Origin: a virus
Taxonomy: Duplodnaviria > Caudoviricetes
Length of the DNA stretch: 63,590 bases
Virus record (IMG/VR): IMGVR_UViG_3300036394_000008
Coordinates: 1-63,590 of that record
Direction: 5' to 3' (one strand)
Part shown: in pieces, positions 19,156 through 28,599 of the stretch
Layout of the letters: each line of letters opens with the position of its first letter
Position numbering within the stretch: the stretch's first letter is position 1
Program-made: the position numbers and the translations under genes
Notes under the pieces: generated by a model
Told to the model about the DNA's origin: nothing
The model's database searches: none
Seen by the model: only the letters and a program-made list of their open reading frames with translations

Positions 19156-19336
19156 GGTGGTGGCTTTCCGGGGCGTCTCGCCCCCTGCTTTGTGGAGCGT
19201 CTCGCTCCGTGCACCGCTTGGCGTCACGCCTCTGCGGCAGCCGCCCGATGGGGCGGATCTATTGGCCCGTGCGCTCGGCTCGGGCAGTCGTTATGGTCCC
19301 GCTTCCACCCAGTTGGACGGCAGGGAGATTTCCGCA

Positions 19337-20092
19337 GTGGGTAACCAGCTTGTTCCGGTGCAGCGCAGTATCGACGACGCCAAGCGCCAGATGGCATTTT
19401 TCGGCCAGAGCAGCTTCGCGTGCCCGCACTGCCGCGCTTATGCCCAGCAAACTTGGTACAGGCTTGGAGCCAGAGAGGAGGCGTTTCCGCCTTCATTCGA
19501 AACGAGCAAGAAGGCCGCAAGCGTGCGGCTTGAAGACATCGCCGCGGCATTTGGCGGCGAGATCAGCGGTACCCCGGTCGGAGACCTTCGGCTTACCAAG
19601 TGTCATCCATGCGGTCAGTTCTCGGTCTGGGTAGGTCAGGGCGTGTTCTGGCCCCACACGAACCACGCCCTTCCTCAACCATCGCCCGACATGCCCGCCG
19701 AAGTGCGCGCAGACTTCCAGGAAGCCGCCGCGATCTTCAAAGCATCGCCCCGCGCTGCGGCCGCGATACTGAGGCTCGCCTTGGAAAAACTCTGCCGACA
19801 TCTGGGGAAGAAAGGCGACATCAACACGATGATCGGCGACCTGGTGAAGGATGATCTGGGGCCGAAGCTTCAAAAGGCCTTCGACGCTGTCCGGATCGTC
19901 GGCAACGAGGCCGTCCATCCCGGCGAGATCCACGTCAACGATACGCCGGAGATCGTCCAGACGCTGTTTCAGCTACTGAACATCATCGTTCGGCAGACGA
20001 TCACCGAAGAACAAGAGATCGATGCCATCTACCAGAGCTTGCCCGAGGGTAAGCGCCAAGGGGTCGAACAGCGCGACAAGCCGAAGGCCTGA
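19337..20092 (+). CDS. DUF4145 (HEPN-like) protein with N-terminal Zn ribbon; inverted moron
   Basis: CPHC...CHPC; DFQEA..I...SPRAAAAILRLALEKL..VRIVGNEAVH (Rx4-6H). GTG 19337 preceded by GGGAG; ATG 19391 is an alternative start. Confidence 0.85.
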   Translation: MGNQLVPVQRSIDDAKRQMAFFGQSSFACPHCRAYAQQTWYRLGAREEAFPPSFETSKKAASVRLEDIAAAFGGEISGTPVGDLRLTKCHPCGQFSVWVGQGVFWPHTNHALPQPSPDMPAEVRADFQEAAAIFKASPRAAAAILRLALEKLCRHLGKKGDINTMIGDLVKDDLGPKLQKAFDAVRIVGNEAVHPGEIHVNDTPEIVQTLFQLLNIIVRQTITEEQEIDAIYQSLPEGKRQGVEQRDKPKA

Positions 20093-20094
20093 AG

Positions 20095-21618
20095 CTAGGC
20101 GTCCTCCGTCTCGGCGGGCGGTAGCGCGCCAACGGCATCGTTTTCGGTGTCGTCGTCGGGCATCTCGTCCATGAGGAGCTTGCGCTCAGCGTCGGCGTTG
20201 AAATCGGCCGACAGGATGTTGCGGCGCTTCTTCTCGGCCCAATACGTCTCCTGGGAGAGGTCGCCGTTCTCTCGCATGGTGTTTAGGTCGTCGAGGTCCT
20301 TCTCGTCGCCTGCCTCGATGGCGAAGTCGGTGTAGATCTTCACGACCGGTTCGCTGGCGTCCTTCAGCCACATGGCGGTAAACCGGTACGCCTGCTCGAG
20401 CGCGTCTTTCAGCCCCAGCGCCCAGGCCTGCACCGCGCTGGAAGCTTTCTGGGCCGCCAGGGCCGCAACGACGACCGTGATACCGGCAGTCGCGGTCAGC
20501 GGTTGCCGCCCCAGCTCCCGCATCTGCTTTTCCGTGTTCCCGACTTCGTCGGCCAGGAACCTCATGCTCTCCGCAGACGGCTCGATGAACACCCATTCGC
20601 CGTGGTGACCATTCTCGCCGCTCGGGGGCGCATAGAAGACCGACTTCGGGCCGACCGGGACTGGTCTCGGCTTGCCGTCGTCGCCGAGCTGCGGCGCGAC
20701 GCCGTTGCCCGCGAGCATCGGGAAGGCCGTCAGCTCCTTGATGTATTTGAGCGCCGTCTCCTGCTGGTAGTGTTCGATCTGCAGGGTGGCGACGTTCTTC
20801 ATCGGCGGAATGAACTGCCAGGAGCTGCCCTTCCGGCGCCCGGTGATGAACGGGACGAGAGCAATCACGCCAATGGAGACCGGCCCCTCATCGACGATAT
20901 GCCAGTCCTCGCCCCCCGTAGCCTTCTCCCAGAGCTCGAATGTGGCGGGGCGGTAGGCCACGACCTTGTCAGGGATCGCGGTGTCGAAGACTGGCTCGCG
21001 GTTGAAGATACGCACGCGCTCTAAGAGCTTCTCGGAGTAGCCGTCACGCCGCTTGATGTTCTCGCGGATCCGGGCGTGGACCACCTGCTCCTTGCCGGCG
21101 ATGGTGTCGGAGTAGACTGCCAGCATGCGCTTGGCCGGGACGTGAACCCAGTACGGCCGGAGGCCCTGCGCCGATTCCTCGGCCTGGGTCAGCGGCCGGC
21201 CGGTCGGGTCAGGCTTGGCCTTCGTGAAATCGACCAGGATCCAGTCGATCGCGTTGTTGATGCCGCTGTGGAAGGCGTTCGCAGCGAAGACGTGCAGGTT
21301 GTTGCCGCGGCCGTCGATATCCTCGGTCAGCGCGATGATGACGTCCGACGCGCTATCCGGGGCCACTTCGCACTTCTCGGCGAACGGCTTGGCGGCCAGG
21401 CCATCGACGATATCGGCGTAGACCCCCGTGAACTTGGCGTTCCCGCGGCGGTACTCGTAGTCGGCCTCCGTCTCGTTCGGAGGCTTTGGCAGATAGGTCT
21501 TGCCGGCCAGGCGCATGGCGTCGGCGCCCTCGAGGATGTTCTCGACCATGTCCCAGTAAGGAAGCATGGCGGCATAGTCGGTACTAACCGTGTCGGGCGC
21601 GGGTGCGATGGTCGCCAT
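20095..21618 (-). CDS. Portal protein (DUF4055)
   Basis: ATG 21618; MRLAG..YLPK...E....Y..R; DIDGRG; follows the terminase gene. Confidence 0.92.
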   Translation of the reverse strand: MATIAPAPDTVSTDYAAMLPYWDMVENILEGADAMRLAGKTYLPKPPNETEADYEYRRGNAKFTGVYADIVDGLAAKPFAEKCEVAPDSASDVIIALTEDIDGRGNNLHVFAANAFHSGINNAIDWILVDFTKAKPDPTGRPLTQAEESAQGLRPYWVHVPAKRMLAVYSDTIAGKEQVVHARIRENIKRRDGYSEKLLERVRIFNREPVFDTAIPDKVVAYRPATFELWEKATGGEDWHIVDEGPVSIGVIALVPFITGRRKGSSWQFIPPMKNVATLQIEHYQQETALKYIKELTAFPMLAGNGVAPQLGDDGKPRPVPVGPKSVFYAPPSGENGHHGEWVFIEPSAESMRFLADEVGNTEKQMRELGRQPLTATAGITVVVAALAAQKASSAVQAWALGLKDALEQAYRFTAMWLKDASEPVVKIYTDFAIEAGDEKDLDDLNTMRENGDLSQETYWAEKKRRNILSADFNADAERKLLMDEMPDDDTENDAVGALPPAETEDA

Positions 21619-21626
21619 GAGCGCTC

Positions 21627-23330
21627 CTAGGTAGTTGTGCCGTACGTACCGAACAGCGCGGCTTGAGGTTGGGGCTTCACGAGCTGGCCGAAGGCGCCGG
21701 ACGAGGCGTCCACCTGGTCCTTGAACTTGCCCGCTGGGAACAAGCACAGCTCGTCGAGGTAGTCGGTGTTCCACTCCCCCTCGACGAGGAGGACGTTGCC
21801 TGCCTCGCACTGGACCGAGAACGGCTCAGCGCGGGTGACCTTGTCGCCGGTCTCCGGCTCGGCTCTCACAACCCAACCGGCGAGCCCTGCCACGTAGTCT
21901 TGCTTCTGGACCTTGCCGGCCTGGCCAGGATCCTGCGGCAGGCTGATCTTGACCGACTTGCCGTCCAGTTCCGCCGTAGCGCGGATCAGGAGGCGAACCG
22001 CGTTGCCCTCATCTTGGGTGGTGACGACGTGGCCAACCACGTAGCGCCCGTCCGGGGTCTTCCCCAGCTTCACGCCAGCGGTACGCGCCGCCGTTTCCTT
22101 CTTGGTCGCGGCAAGGTCCCAATGTCGGACCCAGATCGTGCCGGCCGGCGCCTGGCGCACGACCTTCCCGACGAACCATTCCCGCTTGAACAGGCCGCCC
22201 TCGCGCGGCGTTGGCCGCTGCTGGTACTGGCCGGCCCAGGCGTATTCGCCCTTCAGCTTCTTGAGGCGGGCGACCTCGGCGGCTGGGAACCGCTCTGGAA
22301 AGAGCAGTTCGCCTTCCTCTGTCCGAGGATCCTGGAAGAAGAGCTGCCCGCCGATGTAGGTCCGGCACGCGCCGCCGGTCACCTTCCCGGCCTTGTCTGT
22401 CTGCTCGGTCTCAAACTCCATCGGGAGGTTGAGGTGGACGAACCCGACGTCGAGCTCAAGGATCGTGCCGGCGACGTCCTGCGCGTGCAGGCGCTGCATG
22501 ATCACGACCGTCGCGCTGCGGCGCAGATCGTTCAGGCGGTCGGAGGCGCCTTCCCGGTAGTCTTTAACCGTCTTGGCCCGCTGCGCCGGGCTTTCGGCGC
22601 TGGAGGTCGAGTGCGGGTCGTCGCAGATGAAGCGATCACCACGGCCGCCGGTGAGGCTGGCGAAGGGACGACAGTCGCGAACGCCGCCTTGCGTGTTCTC
22701 GAAGAGGAACTCGCCCCACTTCGAGCCGCGCTTGACGTAGTGCTCGCGGCTGTCGCCCTCGCCCCAAAGCGCCTGGTACTGGGCGCTCTCGATGATCTTC
22801 TTCGTCTTGCGACTGTCGCGGAGGACGTTGTCCTCGGAATAAGATGTTGTCAGGTACCGAAGGTCGGGCCGGCCGAGCGGTCCCCACTCCCAGGCCGGCC
22901 AGAAGACCGACACGGTGAGCGATTTCATCATCCCAGGCGGGACGTTGATCAGGAGGTTCTGGATCTCGCCGCGGCTGACCGCCTCGAGGTGATCGCAGAT
23001 GGCCTTGATCGCCCATCCGCCCACGAAGGGCGTCCCGGGCTCGACGACACTCCAGAACTCTTCGATGAACCCATAGAGGGATTTGCACCGCTCGCGGATC
23101 TTGGTTTCGAAGCGCTTGACCTTGGCGCGCTGGCGGTCGGCCAGCTCCAGTTCCTTCAGCGCCAGCAGCTCGGCTTCAAGAGCGTCTCGCGACACCCTCT
23201 CTGCGATTGTCCGATAGGCGTTAGGCCGATGCGCCTGGCCACGGCAGCCAGGGCGCGCGAACCTGGGTCGGTGTTGGGGCGCCGCGCTGGGCGGCGCCGT
23301 CGAAGCCAGCAGCCGGCGGGCGGACGTCAT
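21627..23330 (-). CDS. terL: Terminase large subunit
   Basis: INVPPGMMKS Walker A, ICDDPH Walker B, IMQRLH, YQQRP, WDLA, DQVDA nuclease motif. Confidence 0.97.
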   Translation of the reverse strand: MTSARRLLASTAPPSAAPQHRPRFARPGCRGQAHRPNAYRTIAERVSRDALEAELLALKELELADRQRAKVKRFETKIRERCKSLYGFIEEFWSVVEPGTPFVGGWAIKAICDHLEAVSRGEIQNLLINVPPGMMKSLTVSVFWPAWEWGPLGRPDLRYLTTSYSEDNVLRDSRKTKKIIESAQYQALWGEGDSREHYVKRGSKWGEFLFENTQGGVRDCRPFASLTGGRGDRFICDDPHSTSSAESPAQRAKTVKDYREGASDRLNDLRRSATVVIMQRLHAQDVAGTILELDVGFVHLNLPMEFETEQTDKAGKVTGGACRTYIGGQLFFQDPRTEEGELLFPERFPAAEVARLKKLKGEYAWAGQYQQRPTPREGGLFKREWFVGKVVRQAPAGTIWVRHWDLAATKKETAARTAGVKLGKTPDGRYVVGHVVTTQDEGNAVRLLIRATAELDGKSVKISLPQDPGQAGKVQKQDYVAGLAGWVVRAEPETGDKVTRAEPFSVQCEAGNVLLVEGEWNTDYLDELCLFPAGKFKDQVDASSGAFGQLVKPQPQAALFGTYGTTT

Positions 23331-23788
23331 TCTTCGTCCAGCCCCCCTTCCGCCTCCCCTTCCGTCGCGAGCTGCGCCTCAATCTCCGCCATGCGAGCAC
23401 GGCGTTCTGAGGGGCTCAAATTCAGATAGGCGATCTCGTGACGCTTAACCGGCGCCGTCTTCGGAGCCATCCGCGCCGTCGCCCACTTGGCCGCCTCGAG
23501 GTAACCGCGTGCGCCCGACGGATCGATCTTCTTCCCGTTCTGCGCCGCGCCCGTAGCCGCCGCCCGGTTCATGGCCAGGGCGTCTTCCTGCAAGAACTCA
23601 GCGCGTCCCTCGCGCGCACGCGCGTATTGTTCGCGGCGATCGTCGTCCGAATGGAGCCAGTCGGATGTCGAAGGGACGTGCAAACCCAACTTCAGGCAGG
23701 CGCCTCGAAGGCTGTTGCCCTCCCAGATCAGATCCAGGAGGGGCCCCAGCTCCTCGTCCTTAGGTCGCCTCTGCTCGGCGCCTTCCAT
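23327..23788 (-). CDS. terS: Terminase small subunit (Sf6-like)
   Basis: G.SLR..C; W......REQYARARE; KW...RMAPK; directly upstream of terL. Confidence 0.85.
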   Translation of the reverse strand: MEGAEQRRPKDEELGPLLDLIWEGNSLRGACLKLGLHVPSTSDWLHSDDDRREQYARAREGRAEFLQEDALAMNRAAATGAAQNGKKIDPSGARGYLEAAKWATARMAPKTAPVKRHEIAYLNLSPSERRARMAEIEAQLATEGEAEGGLDEE

Positions 23789-25148
23789 CAGAGACCTCGT
23801 CGAAACTCTGGCCGGTGGCCTGTAGGAGCGCGGTGCGCCCGGTGAATTGCTCCCAGCGGCGGACGATGACGTCGGCGAAGCGGGGGTCGAGCTCCATCAG
23901 CCTGCAGGTGCGGCCGGTCTTCTCGCTGGCGATAAGGGTGGACCCGGCTCCGCCGAAGAGGTCGAGGACGATCTCCCCGGGGCGGCTGGAGTTCTCCACC
24001 ATCTCCTGGACTAAGCCGACGGGCTTCATGGTGGGGTGGAGTTCGCTGCGGCTGGGCCGGTCGTGATGGATAACGGTCGACGTCAGGGCGGCGCGGATCT
24101 CGGTGACGAGCGCGAGCAGTTCGGGCTTCTTCAGCTTGGTCAGGTCCAGGTCGTCCTGGATCAAGGTCGTCAGCGTGAAGTCACCGGCGAAGAAGTGGGC
24201 TGCGCCCTCCTTCCAGCCATACAGGATCGGCTCGTGCTGCCAGTTGTAGTCGTTGCGGCTCAGGGTGGCGCTGTGCTTGGCCCAGATACGGACCTGGGAA
24301 AGCTTGAGGCCAGCGCCTGTGTAGGCCGCGGTGAAGTTGGCGCGTTCGCTTTCGGCGTGGGCGACGTAGATGACGGCGCCGGGCCGCATGACCCGGTAAT
24401 AGTCGGCGAAGACGTCGTCCAGGAACGAGCGGAAAGCCGCGTCGCTCATATCGTCGTTCAGGATCTCCCCGGCCGCGCCGGAGACGGCGACGTTGTAGGG
24501 CGGATCCGTCCAGACCAGATCGGCGGCTGAGCCGTCCATCAAGCGATCGACATCGTCGGTCGAGGTGGCGTCGCCTACCAGGAGGCGGTGACGGCCGAGG
24601 ATCCAGAGGTCGCCCACGTCGGAGGTCGGCGTCTCGGGCGCCGGCGGCGCGTCGTCATCGGGGATCAGCCCTGTCTGGACGGCGTCGTGCCTGGCGTAGA
24701 TCGCATCCAGCTCGGTCTGGTCGAAGCCGAGGACGCCGAGATCGAAGTTGATGCCGACCAGGGCGTCGAACTCGGCGACCAGCATGGCTTCGTCCCACCC
24801 CGCATTCAGGGCGATCTTGTTGTCGGCTAGGATGTAGGCCCGCCACTGCGCCTCGGTGAGGCCTGGCAGGATGATCGTGGGAACGCGTTCAAGCGGCGGA
24901 TCGAGGAGCGAAGCTTGCCAGCGGCCGTGGCCGGCGCCGATGCTCGTCCCGTCATCCCGGAGCAGGATCGGATTGGTGAAGCCGAACTCTTCGATGCTGG
25001 CGCGGATCTGGCGCACCTGGTCAGGCGAATGGGTTCGGGCGTTTTGCCCGTATGGGGTCAGGCCGGCCGGGGGTCGGTAGACCACCACGAGGTCGGCATC
25101 GGTGTTCGTCGCCGGCACGATGGCCGAAGCGGAGTCGCGTTTGTGCAT
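23760..25148 (-). CDS. ParB-like N-terminal domain + N6-A/N4-C DNA methyltransferase
   Basis: NARTHS..QI.ASI.EFGFTNPIL, GHGR, ADNK; TDPPY, HPTMKP, LDLFGGAGST. Confidence 0.95.
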   Translation of the reverse strand: MHKRDSASAIVPATNTDADLVVVYRPPAGLTPYGQNARTHSPDQVRQIRASIEEFGFTNPILLRDDGTSIGAGHGRWQASLLDPPLERVPTIILPGLTEAQWRAYILADNKIALNAGWDEAMLVAEFDALVGINFDLGVLGFDQTELDAIYARHDAVQTGLIPDDDAPPAPETPTSDVGDLWILGRHRLLVGDATSTDDVDRLMDGSAADLVWTDPPYNVAVSGAAGEILNDDMSDAAFRSFLDDVFADYYRVMRPGAVIYVAHAESERANFTAAYTGAGLKLSQVRIWAKHSATLSRNDYNWQHEPILYGWKEGAAHFFAGDFTLTTLIQDDLDLTKLKKPELLALVTEIRAALTSTVIHHDRPSRSELHPTMKPVGLVQEMVENSSRPGEIVLDLFGGAGSTLIASEKTGRTCRLMELDPRFADVIVRRWEQFTGRTALLQATGQSFDEVSDGRRRAEAT

Positions 25149-25312
25149 GACTTGGTCCAGGGAGATCCCGCCGCGTACGCGGTGGCGGGGTGGCCGCAGG
25201 GCGGCCGACTGGGGTCATGCGAGTGTCAGCTCGCGGTGAAGGGCGCGCCAACGCCCTCGCCCCCGCCTCTTCAGGCGGAGTAGTATCGGCTCGCTCTCGG
25301 GAGGGGCCGGAA

Positions 25313-25756
25313 ATGGAATGGTTGAAGTACTGGTGGACGATGCGGCGACTGCAGCGGCAGCGCGTCGATCTACGGCGGCGAAATCGCGCGGAAATCGCGA
25401 AAATTCGGGCGGCGCACGGAAATCTATCTCAGGAGTATTCCGACTTCTCCGCCGAAGCCATCCACGACGAGAGGTTGGCAGATGAGGCCGTCCAAAACCA
25501 TCGCAGCAAGTGGCTGCTCGAGGAAGCCGAACGCAAACTGATCCAGACCCCGGACTACGATGATGCAGAAGCTTGGGACGGCGACGATGGGCGCTGGGAT
25601 AGTCGGCTCACGCGGGATGCGATCGCCGCACTCCAGGCAAAGATCCATAAGCATGACGATGAGACGTCCAAAATCGCTTTCGCCTGGATCTCCGCGCTGA
25701 CCGGCCTCGGCGGCGTTATCGTGGCGATCCTAGCATTGGTCGGCAGCGGGTCTTAG
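25313..25756 (+). CDS. Inverted moron with C-terminal transmembrane helix
   Basis: ATG 25313 after GAGGGG; ends IAFAWISALTGLGGVIVAILALV. Confidence 0.7.
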   Translation: MEWLKYWWTMRRLQRQRVDLRRRNRAEIAKIRAAHGNLSQEYSDFSAEAIHDERLADEAVQNHRSKWLLEEAERKLIQTPDYDDAEAWDGDDGRWDSRLTRDAIAALQAKIHKHDDETSKIAFAWISALTGLGGVIVAILALVGSGS

Positions 25757-25898
25757 GCCGAATGGGCAGCCGGCTGAGAGGGTTCAGCGCGGATAGACAA
25801 TCGCCGCATGGACCTACTGACTGCCCTGAACGATCTGTGCGACGCCGCCCAACACGTTTGGTGGTTGGGCTGCATCCTCGGACTTTGGGGTCGGCGGG

Positions 25899-25932
25899 AA
25901 TGAAAACGCCCCGGCCGGGTGGCTGCGGGGCG
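25899..25932 (-). terminator. Intrinsic terminator in the late-operon leader (tR'-like)
   Basis: Minus strand CGCCCCG-loop-CGGGGCG followed by TTTTCATT. Confidence 0.6.
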
Positions 25933-26090
25933 GGTCTGTTGGGGCGCAAATCGGAAGCGCACCGATCTGATGCGTGAAATCCGGACGGTCTGCAAGCGGG
26001 TCCTCGTGCGCGCGCGCGAGACCTGTTGGAATGAATGGCGAACACCGGCAATAATCGGTCAGATTGAATGATAATGCACGGGGCGGATCG

Positions 26091-26327
26091 ATGACCGGCG
26101 ACGACCTCCGCAAGGCAAGAGTTGAACTCGGCCGCATGTGGCGGCTGAAACGGCCGGTTCAGGCCTCGGAGCTAGGCCGCGCAATGGGTTGGTCGCCCGA
26201 GCAGGACGCTGGGCAAGTCATACGCAGGCATGAACGGGCGCGGACCAAGCCAGTGCCGGTGCCGTTGGCATGTGCGGTTCAGATGATGTTGAGGGGCGCG
26301 CTGCCGCCCCAGGGGCTGCCCGACTAG
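26091..26327 (+). CDS. Small XRE-type HTH protein
   Basis: MTGDDLRKAR..LG......ASELGRAMG......IRRHE....PVP..LA.AV.MML. Confidence 0.7.
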   Translation: MTGDDLRKARVELGRMWRLKRPVQASELGRAMGWSPEQDAGQVIRRHERARTKPVPVPLACAVQMMLRGALPPQGLPD

Positions 26328-26332
26328 GCACG

Positions 26333-27034
26333 TCAGTCGAGCGACCAATAGCTGTTGGACCTCATCATGAGGGTCTCACCGCGGCCTGGCCAGTATACCG
26401 CCCGAAACAGGGCGTCGCCGCGGCCGCCGACCAACCTGACTCGATCACTCGCAGCCTGCCAAACGTCGAAGGATGTGTAGGTCGACCACGCATCGTCCAT
26501 CGCCGAGAGCTTTGCGGCATAGTTCGCAGCTGGCCCCACCCACACCAGGTCATTGTCGTTCCGAGCGCCCGTCTTCGTTGCGAGGAGCGTCGATTGGTCG
26601 ATCCCGCATACATGCTTGAGAACGAATCCCAATTGAGGGTGCTTGGCCGCCACCCTCGGCCTGATGATGTTGAGAACAGCCCAGTTGATCTTTTGGGCCG
26701 ACCGAATGGCTCGATCGCACCTCATGTCCCCGATGTAGACGGCCATGACCCGGTCGCCGTCGTAGGAGGTGATCGTCCCACCCTCGGATCGGATTATCTT
26801 CGCCGCACAGACTAAGAAGGACTTGTACATCTCGGCAGCGAACCAGTCGGGGTACGTGTCGACCATGATCGTGCTATCGGCCAAGTCGGCGTAGAGAACG
26901 ACGGCGTCTATTCGAACTCCATCATTGCCGAGCGTGACGCTCGTAGTATCGGGGACGACGCGTCCATCGCGGGTGTCCCACTCCCCGTCGATCAATGCCT
27001 GAACGTCTGCACTAAGATCGGCTTTCAACGGCAT
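26333..27034 (-). CDS. pycC: Pycsar pyrimidine cyclase (class III nucleotide cyclase)
   Basis: ATG 27034; VLYADLADST, SYDGDRVMAV, GID, NDLVWVGPAANYAAKLS; adjacent to a PycTM gene. Confidence 0.92.
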   Translation of the reverse strand: MPLKADLSADVQALIDGEWDTRDGRVVPDTTSVTLGNDGVRIDAVVLYADLADSTIMVDTYPDWFAAEMYKSFLVCAAKIIRSEGGTITSYDGDRVMAVYIGDMRCDRAIRSAQKINWAVLNIIRPRVAAKHPQLGFVLKHVCGIDQSTLLATKTGARNDNDLVWVGPAANYAAKLSAMDDAWSTYTSFDVWQAASDRVRLVGGRGDALFRAVYWPGRGETLMMRSNSYWSLD

Positions 27035-27036
27035 GA

Positions 27037-27546
27037 CTAGCCCACCGTGAACTTGGGCGTGACGCCGCTGTTGATTGCGACCGTCGCCAAGAAGAAGAGC
27101 CAAGGCGCGAGGGCGAAAGCAGCTACCTGAAACGCCTGCTTCATGCGTGAGAACTTGAGAGCGAGAATTTCGGAGTTCCGCCAGACCTGAGAGGCGACGT
27201 CGTCGACCAGTTCGACGTCACTGATCGCTTTGATCCGCCGGCAATAGGTCAACTCGTCTAGCTTCGCCACGTCCCCGAAATAGACCAGCGAAGATCTCGG
27301 CGCTGGATCCAAGTGGGGAAACAGCGTGCCATAGATCCGCCAGATGCAGAGCGCATGCAGCAGCACCGTAAAGCCAGCGAGGAAGCCGGAGAAGGAGATC
27401 GGATCCTTCAACGGAAAGTTGGCCGCGAGGATACCGAGTTGCGCCAGGACCACGGCAAACAGGAACGTCGCTCGGCCCTCAACCCTCGGATAAAACAGCT
27501 GCAGCCGATCAAGCTGCGCGAGCAGCATCACGAGTTGACGGTCCAT
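27037..27546 (-). CDS. pycTM: Pycsar transmembrane effector (DUF5706)
   Basis: Three hydrophobic helices; RVEGRA, LFP.L, SLVYFGDVA, DDVASQVWRNSEILALKF. Confidence 0.9.
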   Translation of the reverse strand: MDRQLVMLLAQLDRLQLFYPRVEGRATFLFAVVLAQLGILAANFPLKDPISFSGFLAGFTVLLHALCIWRIYGTLFPHLDPAPRSSLVYFGDVAKLDELTYCRRIKAISDVELVDDVASQVWRNSEILALKFSRMKQAFQVAAFALAPWLFFLATVAINSGVTPKFTVG

Positions 27547-27671
27547 TCTTCCCCAGATGCGGCATGTAGTTGGTCTTCTCTCGCCGCTGACTTGAGCTTA
27601 GCCATAAGACGTCACACTTCGCCAGTATTGGCGTCGACGTCCCTTCCAGCCGGGCCGTAACTCCGTCCCCG

Positions 27672-27890
27672 TCACGCCTCTTGGTCAGGTAGTGGCTGCT
27701 CTGCGCACTCGTTCTGGATCTTCGGGTTCGCGAGATAGGCACGCGCGGCCTCCGCCGCACTCACCGCCTGCGCCTGGGTCGGGAAGCGACCCCAGAGCGT
27801 TCGAGGGAGCAACGCCTCCGGTCTCGTGATGATGACCGCCCAGCGCTCCTCGCCAAGCTGGCTTTGTTCGATGGTGACGTGGCCGGTCAT
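27672..27890 (-). CDS. Hypothetical protein
   Basis: ATG 27890 with ATGA overlap. Confidence 0.5.
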   Translation of the reverse strand: MTGHVTIEQSQLGEERWAVIITRPEALLPRTLWGRFPTQAQAVSAAEAARAYLANPKIQNECAEQPLPDQEA

Positions 27891-28180
27891 GGCTTCTCTT
27901 CCAGGATGGAGTGGACGGCCGCTTGCATGGCCTGATCGATCTGAGCCGGGAAGAGGTCGGTTTTCCACTTCGCCGCATCGAGAGTTGCGTCCGGTAAGAC
28001 CTTGATCGCCTCTAGCCCAGCCCGAGCGACCTTCTCCAGGTCGAAGCTTCCGCCATAGACGTCGGTTACGCGGAGCGCCTGAGCCTCGAACTGGCAAACG
28101 GGGGCTTCATCGCTCTCTTCCGTTTGGCGCAGGAACTCGCGCCCCATCGCCTCGACCATGGCTTTCAGGGCGGGGGTCAT
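27887..28180 (-). CDS. Hypothetical protein
   Basis: 97 aa, coupled. Confidence 0.6.
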   Translation of the reverse strand: MTPALKAMVEAMGREFLRQTEESDEAPVCQFEAQALRVTDVYGGSFDLEKVARAGLEAIKVLPDATLDAAKWKTDLFPAQIDQAMQAAVHSILEEKP

Positions 28181-28599
28181 TGAGGAATGTATCGAAACAC
28201 GGTGCGTCCCTCGACACGCACTACCACGGTCACGTCGGCCGGTTCGGGTTGGCCTGCCATGATCGAGAGCACTTCGACGGTGAAGTCGGCGACCCGGCCT
28301 TCCTGAGGGAGGGCCATCCTCAAGGGCAGCTTTTCGCCGACTGTAACGTCCGCGTGCAGGGTAGATGCCTCGCCCACCATTTGCAGAAGCCCGTCATCTA
28401 TCGTGCTTCCGGGCGTGTACGGCTCAGGCAGATCGGTCGGCTCCGGATCGCCTATGGTGCGCGCGATAAGCAACGACTCGTCACCGCCGGGAAGGCGGAT
28501 CGAGATCTCTACTGCTGGCCGGCGAGAGCTGGACCAAGACCTAACCGTTGTCGTGGAAACTTCCGCCGGCAGCTTGTCGATTAACTCAGCAACCGTCAC
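28177..28599 (-). CDS. Hypothetical protein
   Basis: GTG 28599 overlaps the upstream stop. Confidence 0.55.
   Translation of the reverse strand: MTVAELIDKLPAEVSTTTVRSWSSSRRPAVEISIRLPGGDESLLIARTIGDPEPTDLPEPYTPGSTIDDGLLQMVGEASTLHADVTVGEKLPLRMALPQEGRVADFTVEVLSIMAGQPEPADVTVVVRVEGRTVFRYIPQ

Noticed and set aside
21663-23429. 588-aa plus-strand ORF
   Set aside because: Lies almost entirely antisense to terL; no independent signal.
26333-27034. Ordinary adenylate cyclase or CBASS synthase
   Set aside because: Class III fold with no sensor domains and a coupled DUF5706-like gene fits Pycsar; no CD-NTase motifs.
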